64,000 nt of DNA. It comes from Candidatus Nomurabacteria bacterium. Lineage in GTDB: Bacteria; Patescibacteriota; Minisyncoccia; Phycocordibacterales; UBA9973. The position numbers and the translations under genes were made by a program. How positions within the stretch are numbered: position 1 is the first letter of the stretch; each line of letters begins with the position of its first letter. The stretch is taken from positions 131,785 through 195,784 of the forward strand of contig CP064958.1 of NCBI GenBank assembly GCA_016699085.1, in the 5' to 3' direction. Below the pieces are notes generated by a model that saw nothing but the letters and a program-made list of their open reading frames with translations, was not told the origin of the DNA and did not search any database. Positions 18,980 to 29,180 of the stretch are shown piece after piece.

Positions 18980-19963
18980 ATGAAAAAAGTTCTCTTGGTT
19001 ACAAAAGATCTCATGCCGTTCAAATTATTATTTGAGACCTATTGTTGGATTAAAGATAATACGGATTTTATTGTTGCGATTGTCGCAGAAGGCAAATCTG
19101 CTGAAGAATGGAGAGAGAAAAATGTTCCCCTACTGACTGAGGGAGATATCTCTACGGAACAGGTTTATGCAATTATGGCAGCCATGAAACCCGACTGTGT
19201 CGTGACAGGACTCTCGAGCCCAAATAATCTCGAGGATAGTATTGGTTTGATTGCTAATACTACTCACACAAAACTTGCTGTTATTTCTGACACTTGGGGA
19301 GCAATCTCAAGGGTCGACAAAGCTCAACCTGATTTCATATTTGCTATGGATGCATTTGATGCAGGGTTGTGTGCAGCAAAATTTCCTGATGCTCATATAT
19401 CCGTAATAGGCGACATCACGAGAAAAATAACACCGCCCGAGGACGTATCGAGAGTTTGCGACAAAATACAAAGAACAGGAAAAAATTTGATCCTAATCAC
19501 AGGACAAAATCCGGGGTATACTGACGATATAATCCGAATCATCCGTGACTCTGTTGCAATGGAACCACAAAATTGTGCAGTTGTCGTTCGTCTCCATCCA
19601 AAATTCAAAGGACTTCCTGAAGAAAAACCTCTGCGAGATTTGATTGAGACATTTCCTCCCGGAACAGTAGTAGAAATTGACGGCAGCACAGATGAAATTG
19701 CAAGCTGCGCAAGAATCGTAGTTAGTGTTTTTAAAACTGTGCTACGTGTTGGCTCAATAGCACATCGGACAGCAATATCTGTTGTAACACCAAAAACTGT
19801 TGCTGGCATGAAAAAATCAACTGGACTTTCTCAGTACCCCCTCGCAATGATGGGTAATTGTCTCGAAATTTCCAAACCGACATTACTGTCAAAAATTCCA
19901 AGGCATGATGCATATGTACCTAAAGAATTTAACCCAGCAGTCGTGCTGGAAATATTCAAATAA
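18980..19963 (+). CDS. Hypothetical protein, possibly a GT-B/epimerase-like fold, within the glycan locus
   Basis: 327 aa with alternating beta-alpha character. No confident motif. Only by location is it a candidate for a missing nonulosonic-acid pathway step. Confidence 0.25.
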   Translation: MKKVLLVTKDLMPFKLLFETYCWIKDNTDFIVAIVAEGKSAEEWREKNVPLLTEGDISTEQVYAIMAAMKPDCVVTGLSSPNNLEDSIGLIANTTHTKLAVISDTWGAISRVDKAQPDFIFAMDAFDAGLCAAKFPDAHISVIGDITRKITPPEDVSRVCDKIQRTGKNLILITGQNPGYTDDIIRIIRDSVAMEPQNCAVVVRLHPKFKGLPEEKPLRDLIETFPPGTVVEIDGSTDEIASCARIVVSVFKTVLRVGSIAHRTAISVVTPKTVAGMKKSTGLSQYPLAMMGNCLEISKPTLLSKIPRHDAYVPKEFNPAVVLEIFK

Positions 19964-19982
19964 AAATTAAATTTAAAACATC

Positions 19983-20012
19983 AAAAACCAACGTCTAACG
20001 TTGGTTTTTTAT
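19983..20012. terminator. Bidirectional terminator between convergent genes
   Basis: aaaaaccaacgtctaacgttggtttttt. Confidence 0.55.
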
Positions 20013-20761
20013 TTTCGTTTAAGAACAACAAAAAAGGTTTCAGTTAGCCAGTTTTTGTAGCGTTCTTCAGAAAAAAGAACTTTTAATATTGCGTAGCGTA
20101 CCTGGTGGTGCCATTCTACTCGTGGCACATGGTAACCAACAGCGGCAACCTCAAAGCCATGCTTGGCTGCATTATAGAAAAGGAAATTCTCAGCATCTGA
20201 TGTATTGAAGTACCACTTATGCCGATCTTGTGATTTCTCGGGGGGGATACCGTAGCTCGCAGGACCAGCTGTACCTTTGAGCATTGGTTTTAGGAGTTTT
20301 CGCCAGCAATTCGGAAGCGATATGATAAGGTATTTTTCTGTTACCCGAGCAAGGTCAGCAAATGAACTATGAATATCGTTAACATGCTCAAGTGTATCGA
20401 GACAGAGCACAGTCTGGAATGATTGATTAGGAAACGGTATTGTTGTCTTTTCCCAATCCCAAACTGTATTGTTGAAATTATTCTTATCGATAAGTGTACA
20501 TGGCAAGCCCAAAATTTTCTCTGCGCGATCATCACGACTACCCACATCAAGCACATTTTCATGCACGTATTCCATGAATTCATCGTAAATCAAATTGTAT
20601 CGCTGTAATGATCTCGGTACATAGCGAGTTTTAATTTCTTTGAAAGGAAAATTTTCTTTCGTTTTTACAACTTCGTTAAAAGCATCTTTGTCATACTCAC
20701 CTTTGAAGTACAGCCCCCCGCCGGCATACCGATTACTAATTGTTTTTGTAAGGTTATCCAT
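20009..20761 (-). CDS. Class I SAM-dependent methyltransferase-like protein
   Basis: VLDVGSRDD...LDTLEHV resemble motif I and post-I of Methyltransf_11-type enzymes. Confidence 0.45.
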   Translation of the reverse strand: MDNLTKTISNRYAGGGLYFKGEYDKDAFNEVVKTKENFPFKEIKTRYVPRSLQRYNLIYDEFMEYVHENVLDVGSRDDRAEKILGLPCTLIDKNNFNNTVWDWEKTTIPFPNQSFQTVLCLDTLEHVNDIHSSFADLARVTEKYLIISLPNCWRKLLKPMLKGTAGPASYGIPPEKSQDRHKWYFNTSDAENFLFYNAAKHGFEVAAVGYHVPRVEWHHQVRYAILKVLFSEERYKNWLTETFFVVLKRK

Positions 20762-20768
20762 ATAAGTA

Positions 20769-21626
20769 TTAAATCTTTAAAGATTCTAATTTTTCATACA
20801 CTATCTCTGTCTCCTTCTCCAAGGGATACATAGTAGCCAATGCTTCAAATTCTTTGCTTGATCGATTAAACTCAGGTTTGATCAAATTTTTCAGTGTTGT
20901 AATATCACCTGCCCCTATAAAAGCAACGAGCTTTGTAAGTACTTTATCTTGGGCACTAGGATTCACAAGATCATCATAGGCAATCAACATACTTTCATGA
21001 GTTGCTAGATGATAGAGCAAATTTTTATTGCTTGCAGTCCAATGTTCTAAGAGCGAAGTAAATGTTGCAGCGCCTGCACCCCAGCTTCGCATGATTGACT
21101 GCGCACCAACGAGCGGATGACGATAGACGCCAATCACTTTAGTGTTTTTCGGCATATAATGTTTCCAAAAATAAAAAAATATTGGCAATGACTTAAACCC
21201 GAATCGCTTCTGACTGTGACCAAGATGAAGCAGAAGCTTAATCATCGATCTCCGGGTAAATGCCCGACTCACTTGATGGAAAAAAGTATCAGCCCGAAGT
21301 ATGCCTGCGTCATTGTATAAATCATTGCGGTTATACTGTCCAGCTTCACGCATCAGTTTACGGTTTAGAGCAAACATCTGATTATGCTCAAAAAAGCCGT
21401 TGTGATTGCGAGCATCGCCCGCTTTGAGTTCCTGATCTCGTCCAAAATACACACCACATTGAGAGACGAGATTAGATACGAGACTCGTACCATTACGCTG
21501 GAAGCCAATCACCACAAAGGCATCACCTGAAATTTTTTGAAATTGCTCAAGCTTACCTTCAGACGCAAAAAGCGTGCGCCAGACTGGCCGGAGCATCTTT
21601 TGGTAGATAGGTTTCATATACATCAC
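20769..21626 (-). CDS. Putative sulfotransferase-family protein
   Basis: An N-terminal P-loop-like 5'-PSB-type motif (FVVIGFQRNGTSLV) and an Arg/Ser-containing 3'-PB-like region. Assignment is tentative. Confidence 0.35.
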   Translation of the reverse strand: MMYMKPIYQKMLRPVWRTLFASEGKLEQFQKISGDAFVVIGFQRNGTSLVSNLVSQCGVYFGRDQELKAGDARNHNGFFEHNQMFALNRKLMREAGQYNRNDLYNDAGILRADTFFHQVSRAFTRRSMIKLLLHLGHSQKRFGFKSLPIFFYFWKHYMPKNTKVIGVYRHPLVGAQSIMRSWGAGAATFTSLLEHWTASNKNLLYHLATHESMLIAYDDLVNPSAQDKVLTKLVAFIGAGDITTLKNLIKPEFNRSSKEFEALATMYPLEKETEIVYEKLESLKI

Positions 21627-21682
21627 ACTTTAGCATATGACTATCTTTTTGAAAATGTGTCTCACCTGCTATACTTTGCTAT

Positions 21683-22558
21683 ATGCGATTTAAACTTTTT
21701 TTAGTGCATGTATTTTACAAAATCAAAACGTGGTGGCCGCTTTGGTTCTACGTTGTTAACTACAAGGCAAGAAAGAAATTCAATACTCATAAACCTGATC
21801 TTTCATCGCTTGGGAAGCGAATACACGACGAACTAAAACATGAAGGTATTGCCACGACCACACTCGATGAACTTTTCCCTGGCGAACATATGCTTGATAC
21901 CCTACTGACCTATAAAAATTCCCTAGATCTGAACAATGTTTCTACGCATTGGAAAAAAGAGTACCTCAAAAACTACTGGGATAAACTGCCTGTATTTGAT
22001 GCAGCAAATCCGTTTGTACAATTTATTCTGTCGGAAAAGATTATCTCAATAGTTACTAGCTATATGTCTATGTGGACGAAGCTCGGCTACTATGATTTAT
22101 CTCTAACGCTCCCTGTCGGCAAAGGTGCAGATCCAATTCGTGCTCAAAGGTGGCATCGGGATCCTGATGAAAAAAGATTGCTCAAAGTTTTCATATATCT
22201 TTCTGACGTTGATGAAACAGCCGGACCGTTTACTTATATCAAAAAATCTACCTATGGCAACAAATATGGAAGCTTATTTCCTCAAAAAAGCCCTGCAGGC
22301 ATATACCCCGACGAACATAGATTACTTACTAAGATCAATCAAGATGACATCAAAGAAATGACTGCTCCTAAAGGCACCGTCATATTTTGTGATACGAGCG
22401 GCTTTCACAAAGGCGGCTATGCAACCGAGAAAGAACGGCTTATGTTCACTGGATTTTATTCAGCACCCTCATATCATGAAGCAAGATACTATACCCTTCC
22501 TCCGTCATTTGACTCCAAACAATTCAGCCCTGAAGTATCATTTGCTTTAGGTAAATAA
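21683..22558 (+). CDS. Putative Fe(II)/2-oxoglutarate-dependent dioxygenase (PhyH-like)
   Basis: WHRDPDE (HxD) with a later FHKG, separated by a beta-rich core, fits a 2-His-1-carboxylate facial triad. A candidate promoter TTGAAA-15-TATACT ends ~7 nt before the ATG, so the mRNA may be leaderless. Confidence 0.4.
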   Translation: MRFKLFLVHVFYKIKTWWPLWFYVVNYKARKKFNTHKPDLSSLGKRIHDELKHEGIATTTLDELFPGEHMLDTLLTYKNSLDLNNVSTHWKKEYLKNYWDKLPVFDAANPFVQFILSEKIISIVTSYMSMWTKLGYYDLSLTLPVGKGADPIRAQRWHRDPDEKRLLKVFIYLSDVDETAGPFTYIKKSTYGNKYGSLFPQKSPAGIYPDEHRLLTKINQDDIKEMTAPKGTVIFCDTSGFHKGGYATEKERLMFTGFYSAPSYHEARYYTLPPSFDSKQFSPEVSFALGK

Positions 22559-22562
22559 AACT

Positions 22563-23987
22563 TTAGTCAGATACTTCATCTACAAGCACTGGCTGCCCAA
22601 CTAATCTGCGAGTAAATGCAAATTTATTTGTCAGTGGAGACAGCTTCTTTTTGACGATTGCAAGAATTGTTTTATCATCTTCATCAAATGAAAAGAAGTT
22701 GGCAACATGAATCTTAAATCCAGGCATATCATGGGCCAATACTTTGTAGCGTAGCAAGCTAAATAACGTAATCGTAAGCACTAATTCTACTGAGGGTCCA
22801 TATACACCAAAAACTAATATTGCAATAGGACAAAGTGCAAGAATGAGAACTGTTTTAATTGCAGTAGCTATAAATAAATCTTTTTGAGCTCCGATAGCTT
22901 GGAACAGTGCAGTAAACACGACCGCAAATGCACTCGACATAACTGCCAAGAGCATAATAAAGTAAAGCGGAAGCACCGGAATATACTTGGGCAACAAGAG
23001 CTTTAATAGCAGTGGACCAAAGCTTATCGCCAGTAGCCCCGTCACCACAAAGAAAATTAATTGATATTTTATTGCTTTATGTGCAATTCGATATAAATGT
23101 TTCGGCTCGTGTTTATACCTCGACAGTACAGGTAAAATAGCAGTTGAAACATTAAAGAGCGACTGGGTGTGATTATACAAACCAAGAGCGAGTGAGAACA
23201 GACCTACTGCATCAGGTCCAAGAAATACTCTAATAATCCAGAGACGCGCACTTTGCCCAAAGGTAGTTGCATAACTTGTAAGCATAGCAAAAAATGACTG
23301 ACCTTTAATATATGAGAATATGTTCACATGCGTACGAGCAATATTCCATTTTTTTATAACTCGTAAGTACATTGGAATAATTATGGGGTACTGCACGAGT
23401 GAAGCCAATATAATGCTATACGCCACTGAAACTGGGCCATGTTGTTTCAATATTAAAAAAAATAAGATAAGGAGCAAGCATTTTGCTGTTTCTTCAACAA
23501 TACCAGCTACGACTTTATGTTTAAAATGGTACGTTGCTGCGAGTATAGTATTGGCAGTTTGTCGAAGTGGTGAGAGCAAAAAACCAAATGCCAGTATGCG
23601 CATAATTTGACGTGATACATCCCCCACATGCACAATCGGTATATACGATAAACCAATAATCACAATAAAGGCTACAATCGATAGGAGCATTTGAATACGA
23701 AAAAAGCTACGCGTGATAGCTCGGGCATGTGAGGTATCATTGTTCGCAATCGCTTTTGAAATATCGACAATCACCACCTGTTGCACACCAGGCAGGAAGA
23801 AAAAATTAAATATCGCAATAGTAGCAAGTGCAAGCTCAAGCAAACCATACTCAGAAATACTCATGTGCTTCAAAATAAGGAAGGTTGAAGCAAAACCGAC
23901 AAATTTAGATGCGATCGTGCCAAATGTCGTCCAAGCCAAACCCTTGCCAACAACAGCTATAACAGTATTTTTATTTTCTCCATTCAT
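22563..23987 (-). CDS. Polysaccharide/oligosaccharide flippase (Wzx-like, MOP superfamily)
   Basis: 474 aa with ~12 predicted TM helices. The N-terminus AVVGKGLAWTTFGTIASKFVGFASTFLILKHMSISEYGL is typical of Wzx/polysaccharide-biosynthesis proteins. Confidence 0.7.
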   Translation of the reverse strand: MNGENKNTVIAVVGKGLAWTTFGTIASKFVGFASTFLILKHMSISEYGLLELALATIAIFNFFFLPGVQQVVIVDISKAIANNDTSHARAITRSFFRIQMLLSIVAFIVIIGLSYIPIVHVGDVSRQIMRILAFGFLLSPLRQTANTILAATYHFKHKVVAGIVEETAKCLLLILFFLILKQHGPVSVAYSIILASLVQYPIIIPMYLRVIKKWNIARTHVNIFSYIKGQSFFAMLTSYATTFGQSARLWIIRVFLGPDAVGLFSLALGLYNHTQSLFNVSTAILPVLSRYKHEPKHLYRIAHKAIKYQLIFFVVTGLLAISFGPLLLKLLLPKYIPVLPLYFIMLLAVMSSAFAVVFTALFQAIGAQKDLFIATAIKTVLILALCPIAILVFGVYGPSVELVLTITLFSLLRYKVLAHDMPGFKIHVANFFSFDEDDKTILAIVKKKLSPLTNKFAFTRRLVGQPVLVDEVSD

Positions 23988-25129
23988 AGTGTAGTACCAT
24001 CAATAAAAGTAAGTATTCGTTTTGCTCTTTTCTTCCATGTCCATTCTTGCACCCGTAGGTATGCTCCACTACTCCGCTTTTGAGCTTCATCTGGAGATTG
24101 TAACACGGTACGTATCATCGTGGCACAAGCTTGAGCATCATCAGGTGTAAAGAAAAAAGCAGTACTTTCATCAATTAATTCCAAAATAGAAGGCAGCCGA
24201 GACGCAACAATAGGCACCCGGCTTGCCATATACTCAAAAAGTTTCATTGGTGAGGTATAGTATTTTGAAATTGCCTCTTTCCCGCTATTTGGCAATACCA
24301 AGACATCTGCAGCTTTCTGCCATAATGCAATTTCTGCATGAGGTTTAAATCCAATGACATGTAAATTTTCAACTCCAGCATGTGCAGCATTGAATATTGT
24401 AATATCACTTTCCGTTCCACCAATAATATATACCGCCGTATCTGGTGGAAGCATAGCGACAGCCTCAGCTAATACATCAACACCCTTCCATGTATAGAGA
24501 TGCCCTGTGTAGACAACCACATATGTAGAAGTAATACCTAGCACCTGTCTTGCCTTTGCTTTTGATTGTGCTATATCGAACATACTCAATTCAACTGCAT
24601 TTGGTTCGTAAAAAATTTTTTCTTTTGCAATTGCAAAGTTGCTTACTAATGCTTCACATTTCCAATGTGTATGGGAAATAATACCAGCCATGCGATCAAA
24701 AATACGCTGATACCAGGCTTTTTTCTTTTCCGGAAAATCATGAAGCTCATAGAACACATTTTTAAAAAAGAAACTTATAAAGTAAAGTGGTAAACTTTCA
24801 TTTGAGTATACGATTGATCTTTGGTTCGAATAAAAAAGCATATACAAGAGAGCTGAAATCGAAAACACAATGAAAGAAACCCTAAAAGCAACATATTTTA
24901 TTATTGGGATAGAAAAAAGATCTATTGTTGGCAAGTATATAATTTCAAATTTTTCTTGCAATTGATAGTATGAAAAAGGATCCTGTTTGAAACGCCCTAG
25001 TCGTCTCGGGACAAGCAATGTAACCTTCATGCCTTCGTGAGCAAAACTTTCAGCGCTTTTCGCCGCAAAAAGCGCTGCGGCTTTCTCGCTTGGAAATCGT
25101 CCGTGAAAAATAAGGTACATTTTTTTCAT
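23984..25129 (-). CDS. Glycosyltransferase family 1 (GT4-type, GT-B fold)
   Basis: C-terminal EX7E-like block ...SPMKLFEYMASRVPIVASRLPSILELI. Confidence 0.8.
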   Translation of the reverse strand: MKKMYLIFHGRFPSEKAAALFAAKSAESFAHEGMKVTLLVPRRLGRFKQDPFSYYQLQEKFEIIYLPTIDLFSIPIIKYVAFRVSFIVFSISALLYMLFYSNQRSIVYSNESLPLYFISFFFKNVFYELHDFPEKKKAWYQRIFDRMAGIISHTHWKCEALVSNFAIAKEKIFYEPNAVELSMFDIAQSKAKARQVLGITSTYVVVYTGHLYTWKGVDVLAEAVAMLPPDTAVYIIGGTESDITIFNAAHAGVENLHVIGFKPHAEIALWQKAADVLVLPNSGKEAISKYYTSPMKLFEYMASRVPIVASRLPSILELIDESTAFFFTPDDAQACATMIRTVLQSPDEAQKRSSGAYLRVQEWTWKKRAKRILTFIDGTTL

Positions 25130-25130
25130 A

Positions 25131-25931
25131 CTATACAGTAAAAATTTTCTTTGTTAATACTTTTGCGATATATATTTGTGAGTATATTCTATATAGCTCA
25201 TACCGTAATGGTACCAGGTATCTAGCTTTATACCTTAATCGAAGATAAAACATTCGTAGAAAAATTTTTAAAATCATAAAAAAAGGTACGAGCCATGCAG
25301 TGTATAATGCTTTTGAAAGCGAAGGTGGTTTCCAATCGTAAGCAATAATTCCCAAGCGATGATGCACTTTTTCTTTGTACACTCTAAATGCAAGTTGGAC
25401 ATCAAGTGGCACTAGCCACGGACTCGATAAGGTACCAATTATTTCTTTCGTCGGGTCAAAGTGTATCTTCTCGTGTACTCTTTTTGCAAAACGAGCACCT
25501 GTGCTTTTTCTAAAAAGCCTGACTTGATACAGCGGGCGAATCGATTTATACCAAACTGTGAGATCGGGTGACGTAAGCACATATGGCACGTTATAAAATG
25601 ACGGACCACTAGCATTCTCTACTGCTTTTTCTATTTCATATGCTAATGCTTCTGTCATGACTTCATCCGAATCAAGATAAAAAAACCAATCAGTTACTGC
25701 ATGGTCAAGTAAATTATTTCTTTCAGACGAGAAATCATCTATTGGCTTACCTACAGCAATTTGCGAAATAATCTTTGCTCCATATGCTTTAGCAATGGTA
25801 ATGGTACTATCAGAGCTCCCGCCGTCAGCAATAATAATATCAGCAAAATTTTTTACACTTGCAAGCGAACGATCCAAGGTCGCCTCAGAATTTTTGGTTA
25901 GTATGCCTATTGTGCAGTTAATTTTTTTCAT
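25131..25931 (-). CDS. Glycosyltransferase family 2
   Basis: N-terminal GILTKNSEATLDRSLASV...IIIADGGSSDST plus a DxD-like YLDSDE. Confidence 0.8.
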   Translation of the reverse strand: MKKINCTIGILTKNSEATLDRSLASVKNFADIIIADGGSSDSTITIAKAYGAKIISQIAVGKPIDDFSSERNNLLDHAVTDWFFYLDSDEVMTEALAYEIEKAVENASGPSFYNVPYVLTSPDLTVWYKSIRPLYQVRLFRKSTGARFAKRVHEKIHFDPTKEIIGTLSSPWLVPLDVQLAFRVYKEKVHHRLGIIAYDWKPPSLSKALYTAWLVPFFMILKIFLRMFYLRLRYKARYLVPLRYELYRIYSQIYIAKVLTKKIFTV

Positions 25932-25936
25932 TTTTA

Positions 25937-26488
25937 TTACTTATGAATTCTCAAGATAATCCATTTCACACCTTTGTAATTGCGGACATACCTACCTATT
26001 CTTGCCCTATGCAATATCTTTAACGCAAAAAAAAGAATAATGTTCCTCCATGAACGATAGAGTGACACAAGAAGCTCACCATCAGAGGCAAGTGCCTGAC
26101 GAGCGATACTAACTACATGCTGCCAGGAAACATAGTAAAGAATTTCTCCTAAAACTACAATATCGAATTTCTCGCCATCAGGAATCGGATTTTCATCTAA
26201 ATTGCCGCATATAAATTGTCCTTTTGGATAAAGACTCTTTGCTTTATCGAGAGCGACTTGGGATATATCAATACCTGTATATTTAATACGGACATCATTA
26301 GCGAGTAATGCTGCTAGTCCACCATTACCGCAACCAAGATCAAGTACTCGAATTTCTGATTTTTCTATATGTTTTATGATTGTTGCTAACGCTTCCAAGT
26401 TTGGCTGTCCTTTTACTAAATAATCCCATTTGCCATTAGCAAACATAGCATCCCATTTTTCTTTTGGATATTCTAATTTAAATTTCAT
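25937..26488 (-). CDS. Class I SAM-dependent methyltransferase
   Basis: VLDLGCGNGGLAALLA (motif I). Confidence 0.7.
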   Translation of the reverse strand: MKFKLEYPKEKWDAMFANGKWDYLVKGQPNLEALATIIKHIEKSEIRVLDLGCGNGGLAALLANDVRIKYTGIDISQVALDKAKSLYPKGQFICGNLDENPIPDGEKFDIVVLGEILYYVSWQHVVSIARQALASDGELLVSLYRSWRNIILFFALKILHRARIGRYVRNYKGVKWIILRIHK

Positions 26489-27258
26489 AGTATATGTCGA
26501 ATACGGTAGTAAAGTGTAAGACCATGTGATAGATACGATTTAAAAATCGGTAGTGTTACCCCCTGATCGATACCAATACGAGGTAATGCAAAAATGTTCT
26601 CTTTTTGACTTACACCTTTTGGCCTGACCGCACACGCAGCTTCAAAACCTAAACTATTGAGTGAATCTTGTATTTGTTTTGTCCTTCGACCATATGGGTA
26701 AGAAAAATAACGACACATGTTTCCTGTTAGTTTCTGTATTTCGTATTTCGATTTTTCAATATCACCTATCGCCTCTTCATATGTCATCTGATCGAGATGT
26801 GGATGTGTATGCGTATGAGATCCGATTGTAATATGTGGTTGTTGAGACAAAAAAATAATATCATCTACCGATGGTCGCTCTGTCCCAGCAAAATATTCAG
26901 TAGAAAAAAGATCTGTCGTGAGGAAAAGCGCAGCTGAAAAAGAATACTTGCTGAGAATTGGCAGAGCATTTTCTCTTGTATCACGGTATATATCATCAAA
27001 TGTAATGGCAACTGTTTGATGAGAAAAATTTTTTTCACCTTTACTATAGGAAACTATATCCTCAAGCGGTACAACAGAAAAATGTTTAGCTAAATACGCC
27101 ATTTGCTGTTCGAATGACTCCTTGCTTATAGCATGTTTCCAGGAGGGATTATCTCCAACAGAATGGTACATCAAAATACCAACAAATGGCCTATGGACAA
27201 ATATTTGAGCTAAAAAACTTAGCACAGATAAAAGTAACGTTTTAGGGGTGTTCTTCAT
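26485..27258 (-). CDS. Polysaccharide deacetylase (NodB-homology domain)
   Basis: VAITFDDIYRD...ALPIL...TLFL plus the His-rich GSHTHTHPHL, characteristic of NodB-domain metal sites. Confidence 0.75.
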   Translation of the reverse strand: MKNTPKTLLLSVLSFLAQIFVHRPFVGILMYHSVGDNPSWKHAISKESFEQQMAYLAKHFSVVPLEDIVSYSKGEKNFSHQTVAITFDDIYRDTRENALPILSKYSFSAALFLTTDLFSTEYFAGTERPSVDDIIFLSQQPHITIGSHTHTHPHLDQMTYEEAIGDIEKSKYEIQKLTGNMCRYFSYPYGRRTKQIQDSLNSLGFEAACAVRPKGVSQKENIFALPRIGIDQGVTLPIFKSYLSHGLTLYYRIRHIL

Positions 27259-27821
27259 ATCAAAATTTTTGCTTCATTGCTGGTTGTAACGATCACGCGA
27301 GTACCCATTTTTGATTTGAGCATAGGCATTGCTGTAGCATAATTCGCTATCATGTTTTTCCACCAAATACCTCGACCTTCTACAGAAAGTGCTCTGCGTG
27401 GCTTTATAAGTCGGGTAGCATCTCTTGCTTTAATAATTGATATCGGTTCATCAATCACAAGCAACGTATCAGGTACCGGGAGTAAAGAAACATATAATTT
27501 CAAAATCTTGTGGGGTACCTGATGTTCAAATAAGGATAAAATATTTTGATATAAACCTTCATCAATTATACCCCCTCTCCTTTTTTTTGCCTTCATATAT
27601 CGACCACCTCGATCAAAAATACACACACGGATTTTATGAAAAACATACCGCAAGCTTGTAATTGCAATCAGCACTGTTATGACCGCAACTAGTGGATAGC
27701 GCACTATAAACATGAGTCCATATTTCCATTTTTCCTTATATGAAAGCCGGATTAGGTTTGGATTATCTTTAACTAACGCAGACTTGCCTGCTCCAGGTAA
27801 GCCATAAAGTTCGTACATCAT
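27255..27821 (-). CDS. Small P-loop NTPase (Walker A GLPGAGKS, Walker B-like LLVIDEP) with a central hydrophobic segment; possible nucleotide/sugar kinase
   Basis: Motifs only. No confident family. Confidence 0.3.
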   Translation of the reverse strand: MMYELYGLPGAGKSALVKDNPNLIRLSYKEKWKYGLMFIVRYPLVAVITVLIAITSLRYVFHKIRVCIFDRGGRYMKAKKRRGGIIDEGLYQNILSLFEHQVPHKILKLYVSLLPVPDTLLVIDEPISIIKARDATRLIKPRRALSVEGRGIWWKNMIANYATAMPMLKSKMGTRVIVTTSNEAKILI

Positions 27822-28606
27822 AATTTCTCAAACAAAATCGCATACGATTCTGCAAATAGGGCTGTTATTGGTCCTAAAGCTTTGCAGCCTAACATTTTCG
27901 CAACCAATCGATTTATCTGTGCGCTCTTTAATAAAGGAAACGCAAAGGTAACTCCGGTAATTTTAATAACCTTACAACCATTTGCCTCAAAATGGTCTCG
28001 GAGTTTCCATGGGGAAATTTGGGTGCTATGAAAATCTGCAGTCGTACGTCCTAAAAGTCGTGCACGGCGATAATGTGGCATTTTAGTAACAACATAGCCA
28101 ATACCACCAGGGGCGAGCAAAGCCGCACATTTTTTTGCCACTCTATCTTTGTCAGCAATATATTCAATAATTCTTGATGCAAAGAGGAGATCAAATTTTT
28201 TTGAAGGAGTAAATATAAGCAAATCTTCTTCTATGAATGTAAATGAGGCATTATCTGAAAATCGTTTTCTGGATAGCGCTAGCATTTCTCGCGAAATATC
28301 AAGCAAGGTAAACTCAGCCCGTGGAAATTCCTTTAAAAGTTCGGCAGTCCACGTGCCTGCACCAGGTCCAATCTCAAGAATTTGATTTGCATCTGGCATT
28401 ATAGGAAAAAGTACACGATGTAATGCTCGCTTAGTCATTGCATATTGAGCCTTACGGAGCGGACTAGAAAACCAGCGTTCGTGCTCATATGAATCTTGAT
28501 ACACAGTACCTATGACGGTATTGTAAAAATTTTTTACTTCATTATTTCTCATTTTTTTTGCAACAAAATAGATAATGACTCGGATCATCAGCGTCGACAG
28601 TAACAC
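27818..28606 (-). CDS. Class I SAM-dependent methyltransferase
   Basis: ILEIGPGAGTWTAELL...FTLLDISREM. Confidence 0.65.
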   Translation of the reverse strand: MLLSTLMIRVIIYFVAKKMRNNEVKNFYNTVIGTVYQDSYEHERWFSSPLRKAQYAMTKRALHRVLFPIMPDANQILEIGPGAGTWTAELLKEFPRAEFTLLDISREMLALSRKRFSDNASFTFIEEDLLIFTPSKKFDLLFASRIIEYIADKDRVAKKCAALLAPGGIGYVVTKMPHYRRARLLGRTTADFHSTQISPWKLRDHFEANGCKVIKITGVTFAFPLLKSAQINRLVAKMLGCKALGPITALFAESYAILFEKL

Positions 28607-29180
28607 TTTCTATTGTTAAACCAGCATATGTAATATCTTTTTTAATCCGCGCAATACTATATCCTTTTTTACCAAGTTCCCAATAATGTTCACCATTAAA
28701 TGTATGCTTCTTCCAAAAGAAAGGTAACTTCCAGAAAAGCGTTAGGTGTGGCAAAAGCGGCAACTTACATTTTAATAAAAAAACTCCTCCTGCATGTGGT
28801 AACCCTATAACAACATACGAACGTGTCACTCGCGCAAGCTCAGCAATTGCTACCAGGGATTCATCGTATGGCAAATGCTCTAATACTTCCGAACAAAGAA
28901 CTGTATCGAATGATGCATCTGGTGCAGGAATTTTTTGCACAGATCCTACATAGGTCGGCGAAAGCTCTGGATCAATATCAAGTGTTGAAACATCATAGCC
29001 ATATATGCGTAAAAGTTTTGTCACTGTACCATCACCCGGACCTACTTCGAGCACGTTCGTAGGCTCTGTTGCCATAACAGCGTGCAGCTGTCGCCAGTAA
29101 TTAATCCACCTATCTTTTCTTACGTAGTTCTTGAAATCGTAGTGTTCTTTATCTACTTGGATTCGCGCATCAAATGTCAT
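28542..29180 (-). CDS. Class I SAM-dependent methyltransferase (Methyltransf_11-like)
   Basis: VLEVGPGDGTVTKLL...VSTLDIDPEL. The ORF-track start overlaps the downstream gene by ~65 nt, so the true start may be internal. Confidence 0.65.
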   Translation of the reverse strand: MTFDARIQVDKEHYDFKNYVRKDRWINYWRQLHAVMATEPTNVLEVGPGDGTVTKLLRIYGYDVSTLDIDPELSPTYVGSVQKIPAPDASFDTVLCSEVLEHLPYDESLVAIAELARVTRSYVVIGLPHAGGVFLLKCKLPLLPHLTLFWKLPFFWKKHTFNGEHYWELGKKGYSIARIKKDITYAGLTIESVTVDADDPSHYLFCCKKNEK

